Positions 14,241 to 25,869 of a stretch of 64,000 bases of DNA are shown one piece after another. Each line of letters begins with the position of its first letter. Position 1 is the first letter of the stretch. The notes below the pieces were generated by a model. That model was given only the letters and a program-made list of their open reading frames with translations, was not told where the DNA came from and made no database searches. Where the stretch lies: contig NW_026853241.1 of assembly GCF_026571515.1 (NCBI RefSeq), positions 1-64,000 of the forward strand, written 5' to 3'. This stretch comes from Ruditapes philippinarum (Eukaryota). The position numbers and the translations under genes are program-made.

Positions 14241-15464
14241 AAATTTATGACAAGGTCAAGACACTGCCATTAAATTAACCGGAGCAAATAACCAGGGAGG
14301 ACAATATGACAATAAAATATCAAAATTATAATGATAGCAACAATAATGATAAATGCCCCTCAATCCAAAAATGAAAAGGACGAAAACCTGTCATCAAATT
14401 TAAGGGGGCAAATATTCAAGGAGGACATAAAACTTTCAGAAGTGTCCGTGAGTTCTTTATATAAAAAGTAACAAAAGAAAGTGTGACATAGAATTGAACT
14501 AAGCAAAATCCACAACAGCCCAACGGAAGCAGCATAGAAGAGCAATTAATTTAATGTACAACAAAAAGTGACGATAAAGTTGTTTTATTTTCTACCATGA
14601 TGTTCAAATACTCATTTAGTCTTAACTTCAAATATACCTTAATGATACACTTTTCTCATCCTTGATTACAATATTTTAATCACAGAAATTTATTGAAATC
14701 TATGAAATTCTAACTGAATATGTCTTATTTGAATAAAATTATGAATAAATTATATATAGGAAGCTGCGTTCCCTATTACGGACAAGTACAGTTTGTCTTT
14801 TCTTAAAAAATCTGCCAGTTTTTTATGACACTATATAATCATATTGTGACCATTGACCACCAACAGTGTGTGGAATTTTAAACATAACATATGTGCTTTG
14901 TGTCAAGTCAAAACATGTTTATTTATAATTTACAACAATTATCAATATATTTGAGCATAGTCTATTTTTAACTGATAAATTTAAAAAAGATTTTCGCAAT
15001 TAGAATTACTCTTATAAATATCTAACAACTTATTTTTATCATCCTGTTTGGAAACAAATATCTGTTCTGTTTCGTTATTTTAATAATGCTCGAAGGAAAA
15101 CGTGCATAACCAATACAGTCATGAACTCATGCAAGTATCATTTAAATGTTTTATTTTTATGAGACCGATAAAAAAAGATAATCTTATTTAACATTATTCT
15201 TCTCAGCGACGAAAATTTCGATAAATTTCTTTGAACTAAAGCATTTTGATGTGCATTCTTGACAGTCTTTAGTCTAAGATAGAGAGGTTTTGTGCATTTT
15301 GTCGACTGTATTTAACGGACATGCATAGCATGACATCAAGCGTTATTTCAAAATTGTTATTTTCATTTACAAATACAAAGCTCTTTAGTGCATTAAACGA
15401 AATAGATTTTTTTTTCTAATTTAACCATTAGCAGGCTGAATTTCTTATATAGCAATGTCCAGAT

Positions 15465-16247
15465 TCAATTTTGATACTGTGCATTGTCAAGTATGGAGAT
15501 ATCGAGAAACAATTGGAAGCTGCTCAGCCTCCAATTTAGAACCTGACCTTGCTCTATACTGGTGGAAGCAACTTGACTTTGCTCTATACTTGTAGAAGCA
15601 TCTTTACCTTGCTCTGTACCTGTGGAAGCAACCAGACCTTGCTCTATACTAGTCGAAGCAACCAGACCTTGCTCTATAATGGTGGAAGCAACCTGACCTT
15701 GCTCTATACTTGTAGAAGCAACCTGACCTTGCTCTATAATGATGGAAGTTACCTGACCTTGCTCTATAATTGTAGAAGCAACCTGACCTTGCTCTATAAT
15801 GATGGAAGTAATCTGACCTTGCTCTATAATGGTGGAAGCAACCTGACCTTGCTCTATAATGGTGGAAGCAACCTGACCTTGCTCTATAATGGTGGAAGCA
15901 ACCTGACCTTGCTCTATAATGGTGGAAGCAACCTGACCTTGCTCTATAATGGTGGAAGCAACCTGACCTTGCTCTATAATGGTGGAAGCAACCTGACCTT
16001 GCTCTATAATGGTGGAAGCAACCTGACCTTGCTCTATAATTGTAGAAGCAACCTGACCTTGCTCTATAATGGTGGAAGCAACCTGACCTTGCTCCGTAAT
16101 GGTGAAAGCATCCTGACCTTGCTCTATAATGGTGGAAGCATCCTGACCTTGCTCTATAATGGTGGAAACATCCTGACCTTGTTCTATAATGGTGGAAGCA
16201 TCCTGACCTTGCTCTATTCTGGTGGGAGTAGTATTGGGTCCAGCAGG
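15465..16247 (-). CDS. Candidate exon 2 of an orphan low-complexity protein with about 22 (ASTIIEQGQV)-type repeats
   Basis: Acceptor-like TGTGTCCTTAATTAACCTTCAG precedes 16247; frame PAGPNTTPTRIEQGQD... stays open to the stop at 15465 despite unit variation. Phase 0 matches the candidate exon 17116-17012. Confidence 0.35.
   Translation of the reverse strand, partial: PAGPNTTPTRIEQGQDASTIIEQGQDVSTIIEQGQDASTIIEQGQDAFTITEQGQVASTIIEQGQVASTIIEQGQVASTIIEQGQVASTIIEQGQVASTIIEQGQVASTIIEQGQVASTIIEQGQVASTIIEQGQVASTIIEQGQITSIIIEQGQVASTIIEQGQVTSIIIEQGQVASTSIEQGQVASTIIEQGLVASTSIEQGLVASTGTEQGKDASTSIEQSQVASTSIEQGQVLNWRLSSFQLFLDISILDNAQYQN
15541..16220. repeat. 30-bp minisatellite (ACCTGACCTTGCTCTATAATGGTGGAAGCA), about 22-23 copies
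   Basis: Direct observation; no indels, homogeneous centre and diverged edges. Confidence 0.97.
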
Positions 16248-17011
16248 CTGAAGGTTAATTAAGGACACAGTGTCCAAAAACCATTCTTTTTATTTTTAAA
16301 CATTTAATTATGTTACTGTTTATGTATTATTTGTCTTTACAAATATAATGATAACAGCAACCCTTTTGAAAAAAGCCAAATGTTCAAGGCAATACTATAT
16401 TTTATATAGGTAAAACGTTTTGAAATTTGAAATTTGGCATATGAAATGATTCTCCATAGATCACTATATTTGTCAATTCCAATTGCACTATTGTGATAGT
16501 AATACTTTTAAAATTGTTAGAAAGTCTTTTAACGGAAGGGGAGTTCTGCTCTTCTTAAGGTGTTCAGTATGCATTGGAATTGATGTGATATCATCTGAAA
16601 CTCAATGCAACATTTAATGACAATTGCTGTTATCAATGTAAATGAAATTGATTATTCATTGAGCATCATACAAAACATAATACCAATAAAATGATATAAA
16701 AACACCAAAAATGATCGAACTTTTAATGTTTTAATGGCATTTCCTGATTCATCGAATAATGTTGTTGTATTTTTTGTCTGAAATTTATTCATTTGACTAC
16801 AATTAAATTGTGGATCATTTTATTTCACGTGTCTTTTTCACGTCTGTTTAACCTCAACTACAAGTTTTATGTGATGTTGCCTGGGGACTTGAGACAAAGT
16901 TGTTACCTGATTAGATACAAAAACTACTTGTAATAAATGATAAGGGAAAGTGACACATATAGTTGACTACAGAAATTGGGTGATAAGGTGCAAACCTTTT
17001 AAATCCGTTAC

Positions 17012-17116
17012 TTGGACGACGACGATATTTTGTGGCTGAAATTGATTTGTTGATTGACACATGAGGGACGCCTTTGGGTGAGACTCGAGCGAAATTTCCG
17101 CATTATTTCTGTCCAT
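17012..17116 (-). CDS. Candidate first coding exon (MDRNNAEISLESHPKASLMCQSTNQFQPQNIVVVQ)
   Basis: CpG-rich patch, GCCGCGATGG start context, 105 nt, phase-0 donor CAA|GTAACG. Confidence 0.3.
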
Positions 17117-18339
17117 CGCGGCGCCTGATTTCGGATTTTTGCTAACAAATCGGCAAACGTCATCGTATGAGTAACTGATTTACGGGAAAATGACATATCA
17201 ATAACGTAGTATTTAATAGCTTGTTGATAAATTGTGATAATTTGACATATATGTGAATTTCGGTATTCGTCTGCGGTAAGAGGTGTAGGTAGATCACGAT
17301 ACTAAAATACAAATATATGTCTTATTAATAAAACCCAAACAATAATAAATTTGCCCAATTAAAAGTTCAACCATGTAAACAAACCAAGTCGGACCAATAT
17401 GCTACATATGATATAATTCACGGCGATGAAGCATATTTCTTACAAGGTAAACATGCTCTTTGACAATCGGAGGGTTGGATAAGAGGTGTTGAGCATAAGC
17501 ACTTGAATAAACGATTGTTGAAAAGAATGTATTAACAATAGGTATAGGAAGTTTTAATGAATTTGCGGCACGCGCAAATGTTCCTGTAAGAGACACTTAA
17601 CACTTTGATGAAGAGTTGGACATAATATAGACAAATATAATAAAATATGATACACGTGATTATCTCTTTACACTTTGTTTTCACCTGTCGGGTTCAAAAA
17701 TTATTAATATTTAATTAAACGGCTTCGAAATAGGGCATTTGAAGTATTATTAGTGCTCTGTTATTTGGTTTTGGGCGTGTTCGATTTTCAAGAGTTCTCA
17801 AACCTCGTCATTTCTCGCGACAGGTGATGTGATTATCAGCACTTAGGGTTCTTTTAATGGGCTAGTAAGAGTTAATGTTTTGCAAATATTTATGAAAGAT
17901 CATAAAGTTTCCGCTCATATCGCCAGATTTGTTTGTTCTTTTGAAGGGTTGTGGACAGTGAAAGTGTGCTAGTTGTTTTCTCTCCGAACATTTAAACCAT
18001 TTTGACCTTGTACGCAAACATGAAACTAAACTTGACCGCCAACACATACATGTTACCTTCGAGCGCGCGTGCCGTATAAATAAAACGCGTTTTTTTTCAT
18101 CGCCATAAATAAACGTACCGACTGACATCTTTGCCAACGGAACACAATACTTCTCGAAATAGAGCGGTTTACACCATAAATGAAATATTCAAAGTGATAT
18201 AAATAAAAAATGAAAATAAAACGCATGTTATTATATTCATAAGGATGAAATCCAAATCGTTATGATAATATAATATAATAATTTGGAGATTTAAAATCGA
18301 AAGAAACCTAAGAAAGAGATATATACCACTGAATAATAT

Positions 18340-18860
18340 GAAAACCGATAGAAACAAATAGATAAATAAATATTAAAAAATAAAATAAAAACACTTGAAT
18401 AAAATTATATCCTATAGAAACACATGAAAAAGTAGATATAAAAACCGATAGAGAAACACATGAATAAGGGAATTTTAAAACTGATAGTAACACATGAATA
18501 AGGAAATATTTAAACTGCTAGTAACACATGAATAAGGAAATATTTAAAGTGATAGAAACACATAAATAAAGAAATTTTAAAACTGATAGAAACACATGAA
18601 TAAGGAAATATTAAAACTAATAGAAACACATGAATAAGGAAATATTTAAACTGATAGTAACACATGAATAAGGAAATATTAAAAGCGATAGAAACATATA
18701 AATATGGACATTATATTTAAACAGATATTAAGGATTTAACAAGGAAATATTAACCAATATAAATTAAAAAAATATATGTAAAACCAATATAAATTTTAAA
18801 ACCGATATGAATACACGAATAAATAAATATTAAAACAGATACAAACATATGAAATGCTAA
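18340..18860. repeat. Degenerate ~34-bp AT-rich tandem repeat (AAACTGATAGAAACACATGAATAAGGAAATATTT)
   Basis: Direct observation, about a dozen diverged units. Confidence 0.85.
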
Positions 18861-19476
18861 AACCAACGTTATCGATGCTAACGAAGAAACATTTGTGAGA
18901 AAAAACATTGCAAAAAGATATTACTAGTGTCATAATACATTGATAATAAATCATAAGCTGTTGCTTTTTTATGATAAATGTGTGATGAGTAGTTTTTTTA
19001 TCTGATAAAGCAAATTAATGATATTCACAATGAAAATGTGCTTACATAATTTGTATCGAAAAAAAATTGTGAAAAATGTAACAAAAAGGAAAGAAAAAAA
19101 TGTGGTTGGCATTTAAAAGGTAATTATGACAGGTAAAAATTGTAATTATTACAAAAGTCATGATGAAATATACAAATTATAATTCGTTACTATGGAAACA
19201 AACTGAACTCATTTGAACTATGGAATTGAGCTAAAGTTATTTGAACTATTGAACTCATAACTCAAAGATATTGTGTTTATCTAACTCTGCATTTTCATTT
19301 AGTTTATTTTGCACATTACTTTTACTTTTTCTGCATTTTCATATATATGCTAATTGCATTTTAAAAAATTATATTTTGTTTTTTATTTTTCGTATTTACT
19401 ACTAAACCATACGAGATACCAGTAAAATAACGACGAAAAATCGCAAAATATTTCGTATAACGACGGGTATGTATGA

Positions 19477-19477
<1 letters not shown>

Positions 19478-19520
<43 letters not shown>
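19478..19520. repeat. (ATA)n microsatellite
   Basis: Direct observation. Confidence 0.95.
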
Positions 19521-19522
<2 letters not shown>

Positions 19523-20742
19523 CATAGTCACTTCAACAATGATATTGTAAAGTGCAACACCATACCACCCTCTAGCACCGCTTAGATGTATACTTTCTAT
19601 TTTCTTAATACTGCGCACATCTTTGTCACTAAAATAGTAAGAATATCATTTACATTTAAACTTGAAACAGATTTTTCAATGGCATTTAAAAAAATTTTGT
19701 TTCATTCAAATACCTTACAAGTAGTATAAAAGATTTTAATGATCTTTTCATTATGAGCTGAAAATAGATTTGTTTCTTACAATAACGCGCCTTGCTCCCT
19801 CAGAGGTCTTCAATTATTGCTAGGCAATAGTTTAAAAAAGTTTTTCCACTATGGCCTTGCACATTGTCGAAACGAATTCCTATTGGCATTTGTAGCTTGA
19901 CCTTTAACAAATATACAACCCCAAAGCATGAAAGAAATGTATAAGACAAGAATTATAGTTGCTCTTGGTGGCCGCCATTGTTCTGTTCAGAAATAATAGT
20001 TGGAATAGTAGTCTTTGTAGCGATATAAATACGCTAGTGCCACGGATAATATCAAATGCGTTCCAAAATACATTAGCAAACGTGCAGTTAATGACCGAAA
20101 AGCATGTTGAGATCAAAAACATGCTGAAAAACGAAACATTTTCCTATAAAACAATTAAGATAGCCTTTGGATAAGCACAGATTTAGCTTTGTTTTGAGAC
20201 ATCGCTCCGATCAGTTCCTCTGCGTCTCACCTTGCCGCCATTTTAGTGACGATGAACCGCTCATTTATCGTCTGCTTCGACATTTATGGAAAATCGGTGG
20301 GAGGGGACCTGACTTTTGTGGTTACCAATGCGAGAAAACGAAATTACGCGAGTCTTGGCTATCATGTATTTTACCAAAATAGAGATATTTTCTGTGCTTT
20401 TTTTTTCGTTGTATTAGACCTACCGAACTTAATTCAGTGAAATAGACCACACAGTCGTAATGGCTTATCGGCTTTCAAGAAATGTTATCAAGTAAGAGAT
20501 CAGGGATAGGACGTCGGTTGAGAGACGTCGTATCGCGCCCTGACATTTATGTGTAAAAGATAGTGATTTGCCTTTGGAACTTTATCTATGAGAAAATTAC
20601 CCTGATCCTGAAACATGCCTTTGAACATGGGCATTGTCTTTGATGTTTTACATATAATTGTCACCTTTTGTTGTGATATGCACACTAAGTTGGTTATGAT
20701 GAAAACGAGCTTCTGTGCGACTTCCTGTTTATTTAAATCGTA

Positions 20743-20979
20743 TGAGCCGCGCCATGACAAAACCAACTTAGTGCGTTTGCGACCAGCATGGATCCAGACA
20801 AGCCTGCGCATCCGCGCAGTCTGATCAGGATCCATGCTGTTTGCTATCAGTTTCTCTACTTGTTATAGGGTTTGTAAGCGAACAGCATGGATCCTGATCA
20901 GACTGCGCGGATACGCAGGCTGGTGTGGATCCATGCTGGTCGCAAACTCATTATGTTGGTTTTGTCGTGACGCGGCTCG
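20743..20979. mobile_element. Palindromic (fold-back) MITE, copy 1
   Basis: ~100-bp arms TGAGCCGCGCCATGACAAAACCAAC...GCGACCAGCATGGATCCAGAC and their reverse complement; second copy at 29246-29481. Confidence 0.9.
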
Positions 20980-22429
20980 TATATTTTAGTTTTTTTTTGC
21001 GCATCAAAGTGGCAAATGCTGTAATCTTACTTCAAAAACTTCAATTCACCATCCATGTACTACTCAGCAGGCGCCGTTTTAATTGAAACACAAACTGCAA
21101 TGCTAAATGATCACGTTTTCAGATAAATACTTCGATATCTTTAAAATAAGATTATCTAATTAAGAATTTACAAAAAAATGTTGACGTTAAATATCTTATT
21201 TCTTTCAAGCTTAACTTTTATTTTCATTCTAAACAGTTTTTTTTAAATATTGTTTGTCACCAAAACTTTAGAGAACAGAAATATGAGCCACAAAAATAGA
21301 CAAGAAAGTATAACAACAAATGCTTGTTGCTGATATGAGTAAAAGAATATATAATTGATATTACGTAAGGTGCGTGTGACGTCATACGGGGGCGCTCTAG
21401 TATGATCACATTACTCTTATGGCATGCTTTCATATTTAGCGTTCTCGTGTATATTTATGGACAGTACTAACTACAAACAAAATGTGTAAATTAACTGTTC
21501 TACCATGTCAACCTACCTTATCACATAAATATATTTAATGTTGCATTTTTTTAATGTGAAATGTACTTGCATATATATGTGTATGTATATATGCATGTGA
21601 TGTAACAAGACTATATAGATCTATTCATAGTAAAATATGGAAAATATCTTAAGTCTCTTGTAATTCTACTCAAAGAATGGCTATGTAGAATGTAATGTTT
21701 ATCTTTTATACTTAAATATATGTAATTGTACACAGATGAGACTATAATAAATAAATACATGTAAATATAGATATAATCTTCAAGATATGTGTATAGTTGT
21801 TTTATTTTTAGAACAATCTGTAAGTATAACACACATTGTTGTAATTGCATTCCTATATGTAAAGGAAATGTACATTGTATTCTTGTTTCGAGTATTTTCT
21901 TGTATCAATTAAATTAACGTTGAAAATCATTAATACTAACTTGTTTCATAGAAAGAACGCCCAAAACGGTGAAATTGAAAATATTGAAAGCGTGGTATTA
22001 TTGAACTTGCCAATGGACGGTAGTGGTCATTGCAAGCTTAATAACTCTTTACTTATTCTTAAATCATTTTCAATATTTCTAAATTGTTTTATATATTTTC
22101 CCTTTATATTATTAGCATATACTGAAATACCGTTATATTGACTTAAAAAGTTATGGGAATTAGCAATGAAAATAAATAAAACATGTGGAGAGAAATAGAG
22201 AAAAAATGACAACAAAAAATACCACAAAAACAAAGAAAAAACCCTTCAATCAGCCACAATTAACCATAGATGATGAGACATTAATCGTTATGGAGGAGTC
22301 TGCCTCGTTTAATGGATTATATTTTGACACTTTCTCCCTTAGGAAACACACTCTGGTTTACAAAAAACTTGTCCTGTCAATAAATAAAAATAGTGAAATG
22401 TGGAAAACATTGAAGGTCATCGGACACGT

Positions 22430-22615
22430 ATAAACTAAAAGTGCAAGCTAGGTTTGACTGAGCCTGTTTTTGGATGGCAGTATATCATGCAAACTACGAT
22501 CCAAGCCCCCTAGCACCGGTTTAAGCAAAATTTATTATGCCAACTTTGAAATGTTGAAATTTTTAATTTAGTGACATCCGTAGATGTGTTTATCGGTATT
22601 TTTCGGTTTCCATTT
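22430..22615 (+). repeat. Repeat family A copy
   Basis: GAGCCTGT...GATCCAAGCCCCCTAGCACCGGTTTAAGC...ACATCCGTAGATGTGTT aligns with 46930-47090. Confidence 0.8.
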
Positions 22616-22639
22616 CGGCTCTCAAGACTTCCATGTTTC

Positions 22640-22790
22640 TTTTTCGACTTGTGCCCTGTTCAGTTTGGTGTCCCGCTGGGCGCCTTGCCAGTGGTCATGT
22701 GTTGCTGAGTTGTGATGGGTAATGTGTTCGTTGAATGACGCCCTTCCTTGCTGATCTTTTTTCTTCATATCTTGAGCATTCATTTCTTTT
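22640..22790 (+). repeat. GT/T-rich dispersed repeat family B copy
   Basis: Shares GGGYGCCTTG...TGAAYGNCGCC(T/C)T(G/T)CCTTGYTGATCTTT with 48470-48820 and 49365-49500. Confidence 0.55.
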
Positions 22791-23533
22791 CTTTTTGTTG
22801 ATTTATTTTCTTAATTATGATACGAAAGCATATTCAAAATTTTCGTTTTATCCGTTTTAGGCGGGAACAATGGTCTTATGTGCATACTGTTCATCGTAGA
22901 ACGTTATAGATTTTGAATAATGTTCTATAAAACATTAACATTTTGACATTTGCTAAAGCAGGTACATTCACATTAAACTGTTTAAAATGTTCCATTCTGA
23001 TGATCTTATTAACTTATGATTGATGTTTTTTTCTCTTTATTACTTACTTGATGACATGTATTAATGTTGTTAAATTGAAATTGTGATATTTTATATTTAA
23101 TGATATCGACCTATGCATAAATTAAACGAAATAAAATCTCTGCCCTGTACATGTTGTGCTTAATATTCAATTTACATATAGCATATAGCCATAGTTACAT
23201 ATTTATAGGTCAATTGTAAGATAAATCTACAATAAATCGTTCATAATACAGTAAAAAATGTTTTCAGAGAAATTATATAACATTATACATGTATCTCCAT
23301 GTAGATTCAGTCGATTTATTTAAATTAACAATTAGATATTTTTAACATACAATCTGTTTTCAGATTTGTAATTTACGGTATGTCTCCATATTCAATACCT
23401 TAGCAATTGCTGTTATATTATTATTTATACAACGCATTTATACTTTCTGCTGAAGAAAAAAATAATACATAGACCTTAATTAAGCTGATGGTAAATATAA
23501 AATAGGAAAATGTGAGGTTGATGAAGGCACCCC

Positions 23534-23661
23534 TATAAAAAATGTTGAGCGTTCTTTGCGTTAGTTATTCTTTGCGGTAATTTGGCGCAGTCTCCGCCAT
23601 GTTTTAATTGAAAGAATAAAGGCAATGAATTAACAACATATTCTTTTCTTTTTAGGTAAGT
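23534..23661 (+). promoter_or_regulatory. Candidate TATA box, short first exon and splice donor
   Basis: TATAAAA at 23534-23540, CCGCCATGTT (YY1-like) downstream, and AG|GTAAGT at 23654-23661. Confidence 0.35.
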
Positions 23662-23980
23662 ATTTACAAGTTAGAGAAAGAAAAAGACTTTCCTCGATAG
23701 GTTTATTCATTGTATTTTTCGTTTATCGTAACTGTTATCAATGACATTGTATTGTTTTGCTTGCAAACATGTTTAAAGTTTGGAGTCATATGTTTTCGCG
23801 AATAAACGTTTTACATACGTATTTTGAGATTCATCTCTATATCATCACATTTTTACTGTTTATTGTTAATACGCATTTTACATGATAATTATGAACTTTT
23901 TATAAGTAGAATACAGTTTAATAATTGTTAAGACAATTATTTAGAAAAGCATGTATTATGCCATATTTGGAAAGAGCGAT

Positions 23981-24170
23981 TAAACGACATAAGGTCGAAC
24001 ATATAATATATTGTTTTGAACATTACTAAATAAACGACATAAAGTCGAACATATAATATATTGTTTTGAACATTACTAAATAAACGACATAAAGTCGAAC
24101 ATATAATATATTGTTTCGAACATTACTAAATAAACGACATAAAGTCGAACATATAAAATATTATTTTGAA
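23981..24170. repeat. 50-bp tandem repeat, about 4 copies
   Basis: TAAACGACATAAAGTCGAACATATAATATATTGTTTTGAACATTACTAAA repeated. Confidence 0.92.
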
Positions 24171-24849
24171 TGTTGTTTATATGCTATTTGTCTAATCGAA
24201 CATATAAAAATTCATTTATTATCTTTCATCTTTTGTTAAGTATATACAGTTATAAGTGCCAAATAAATTGATTGTCAGTATTATCATTTGTGCCAATGAT
24301 TTAGATTGTTATTGTTTTATGCATATTAGTAAATTCTCAAGTTAAGTATCTATAGTAGCAGTTTAGTAATCATCAGTTTAATATGTTTTTATTTCAATCA
24401 GATATATAAATAATCAAGGTTGTGTTGTTAATCAGGTTATTATTATTCATTCCAAACGTTTTACATTGCAGTATTATAATGATAATGATTTATATTTTGA
24501 TACTCTTTGCATTTACCCCTAGACATGAGTAAAGTTGAAACATTGTTATTTTAGTTGTGAACAATTAGTTAAATGTTATTATGCCACATGTTGTTATGCA
24601 ACGGCAGTCTCCGCCATGTTTTAATTAGAAAGAATAAAGGCAATGAATTAACAACATATTCTTTTCTTTTTAGACTCCCGTATCATATCAGCGATTCGAC
24701 CCGGCTAACAAAAAGAACACATTTTTTTCACAATATTTTGACTCAAATAAGTAAGTTGTTATTCATATGACATGATAACCATGTAGTGAATTATTTTTTC
24801 AATTTTTCAAATGATTTTCACGTATCCTTTGTTGATCAGTTGTCATCCT

Positions 24850-25030
24850 GGAGGCGTGGCCGAGTGGTTAACGCGTCGGACTAGTTATCTAAAAGTCAAA
24901 TCGTTGTTTTCATGGGCAAGAAACTTTACACTCATTGCCAAGTAATGGTTGGTTCCAGGAACATAATTCGAGAGTATTTCAATAAGCTTATAGCTTCCAA
25001 CATAACCGAGCTTGAATAAATAAGTATAAA
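24850..25030 (+). mobile_element. tRNA-derived SINE, CORE-like, internally deleted
   Basis: A box GTGGCCGAGTGG; CORE-like CATGGGCAAGAAACTTTAC; A-rich tail. Confidence 0.65.
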
Positions 25031-25558
25031 TTAATTGTCAATCCTTTAAACAGTCATATAAGAATATTGACAAATGGTCAATATCAGTATGTTTAAAGCG
25101 TTGTTTTACATATGATGTTATTTAGATTGTAAATAAGTACTTTAAACAAACAGAACGTGACATGGGGATGAAGATAAAGAAAATATCTTGTCACGATGAT
25201 AATTATAATGTATTGTTTAATTAGTGTAGTAATTTTTTGTTTAGTTTGTCTCAAATACACAGAAATAAGAACATTTTTGCAGTAGATGGCCTTCATTAAA
25301 TAAAGTGAAAATTTATTGTTAACAACGTCATCTAAAGAATTAATTGTTTCAGGCAAATATGTTTATTTTTGCATTTTGCAATAGAAACATAATTTAATTT
25401 TATGCTTTTAGTCCCCGTGCTAACCTTTTTGGGGGTATTTTCTTGTATTTGAACTTGTACCACTGTTTACATTATTTCACGTATGGCTATAATATTGTTA
25501 GTAGTTAAACGAACTATTTTATGGACAGTTTACGCACAATAAGTGCGTATGAATATAT

Positions 25559-25807
25559 TCATCTTGTCCATGTGACAAAGTCTTCCATTTGTCGTGTAAC
25601 TAGGAATGCTGGATCAGTTACAACCTCTGGTCCCACACGAACATGTCCCTGTTCTATGAACGTTGTTGCAGGCTTCACTCTTTCTGACATTCGGTTTCTA
25701 ACCATAACTACTGGTAACCTTCGTCTGCAGAACGAAGATGCATTTACATCATCTGCTAGTGCTAAACTCCTCTTAGTAGGTATCAAGCCCATACTATGTA
25801 ACTTCAA
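25559..25807 (-). pseudogene. IMP3: U3 snoRNP protein IMP3 fragment (S4 RNA-binding domain), lacking both termini
   Basis: [10 protein letters not shown]...[13 protein letters not shown]...[31 protein letters not shown] matches the highly conserved IMP3 signature; premature TGA two codons after FVTW with no GT donor; no N-terminal exon found nearby. Confidence 0.88.
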
Positions 25808-25814
25808 ATAAAAT

Positions 25815-25869
25815 GTTGTTGTTGTTTTGCTGTTGTTTTTGTTGTTGTTGTTGTTGTTGCTGTTGTTGT
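25815..25869. repeat. (GTT)n microsatellite abutting the 5' end of the IMP3 fragment
   Basis: Direct observation. Confidence 0.9.
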
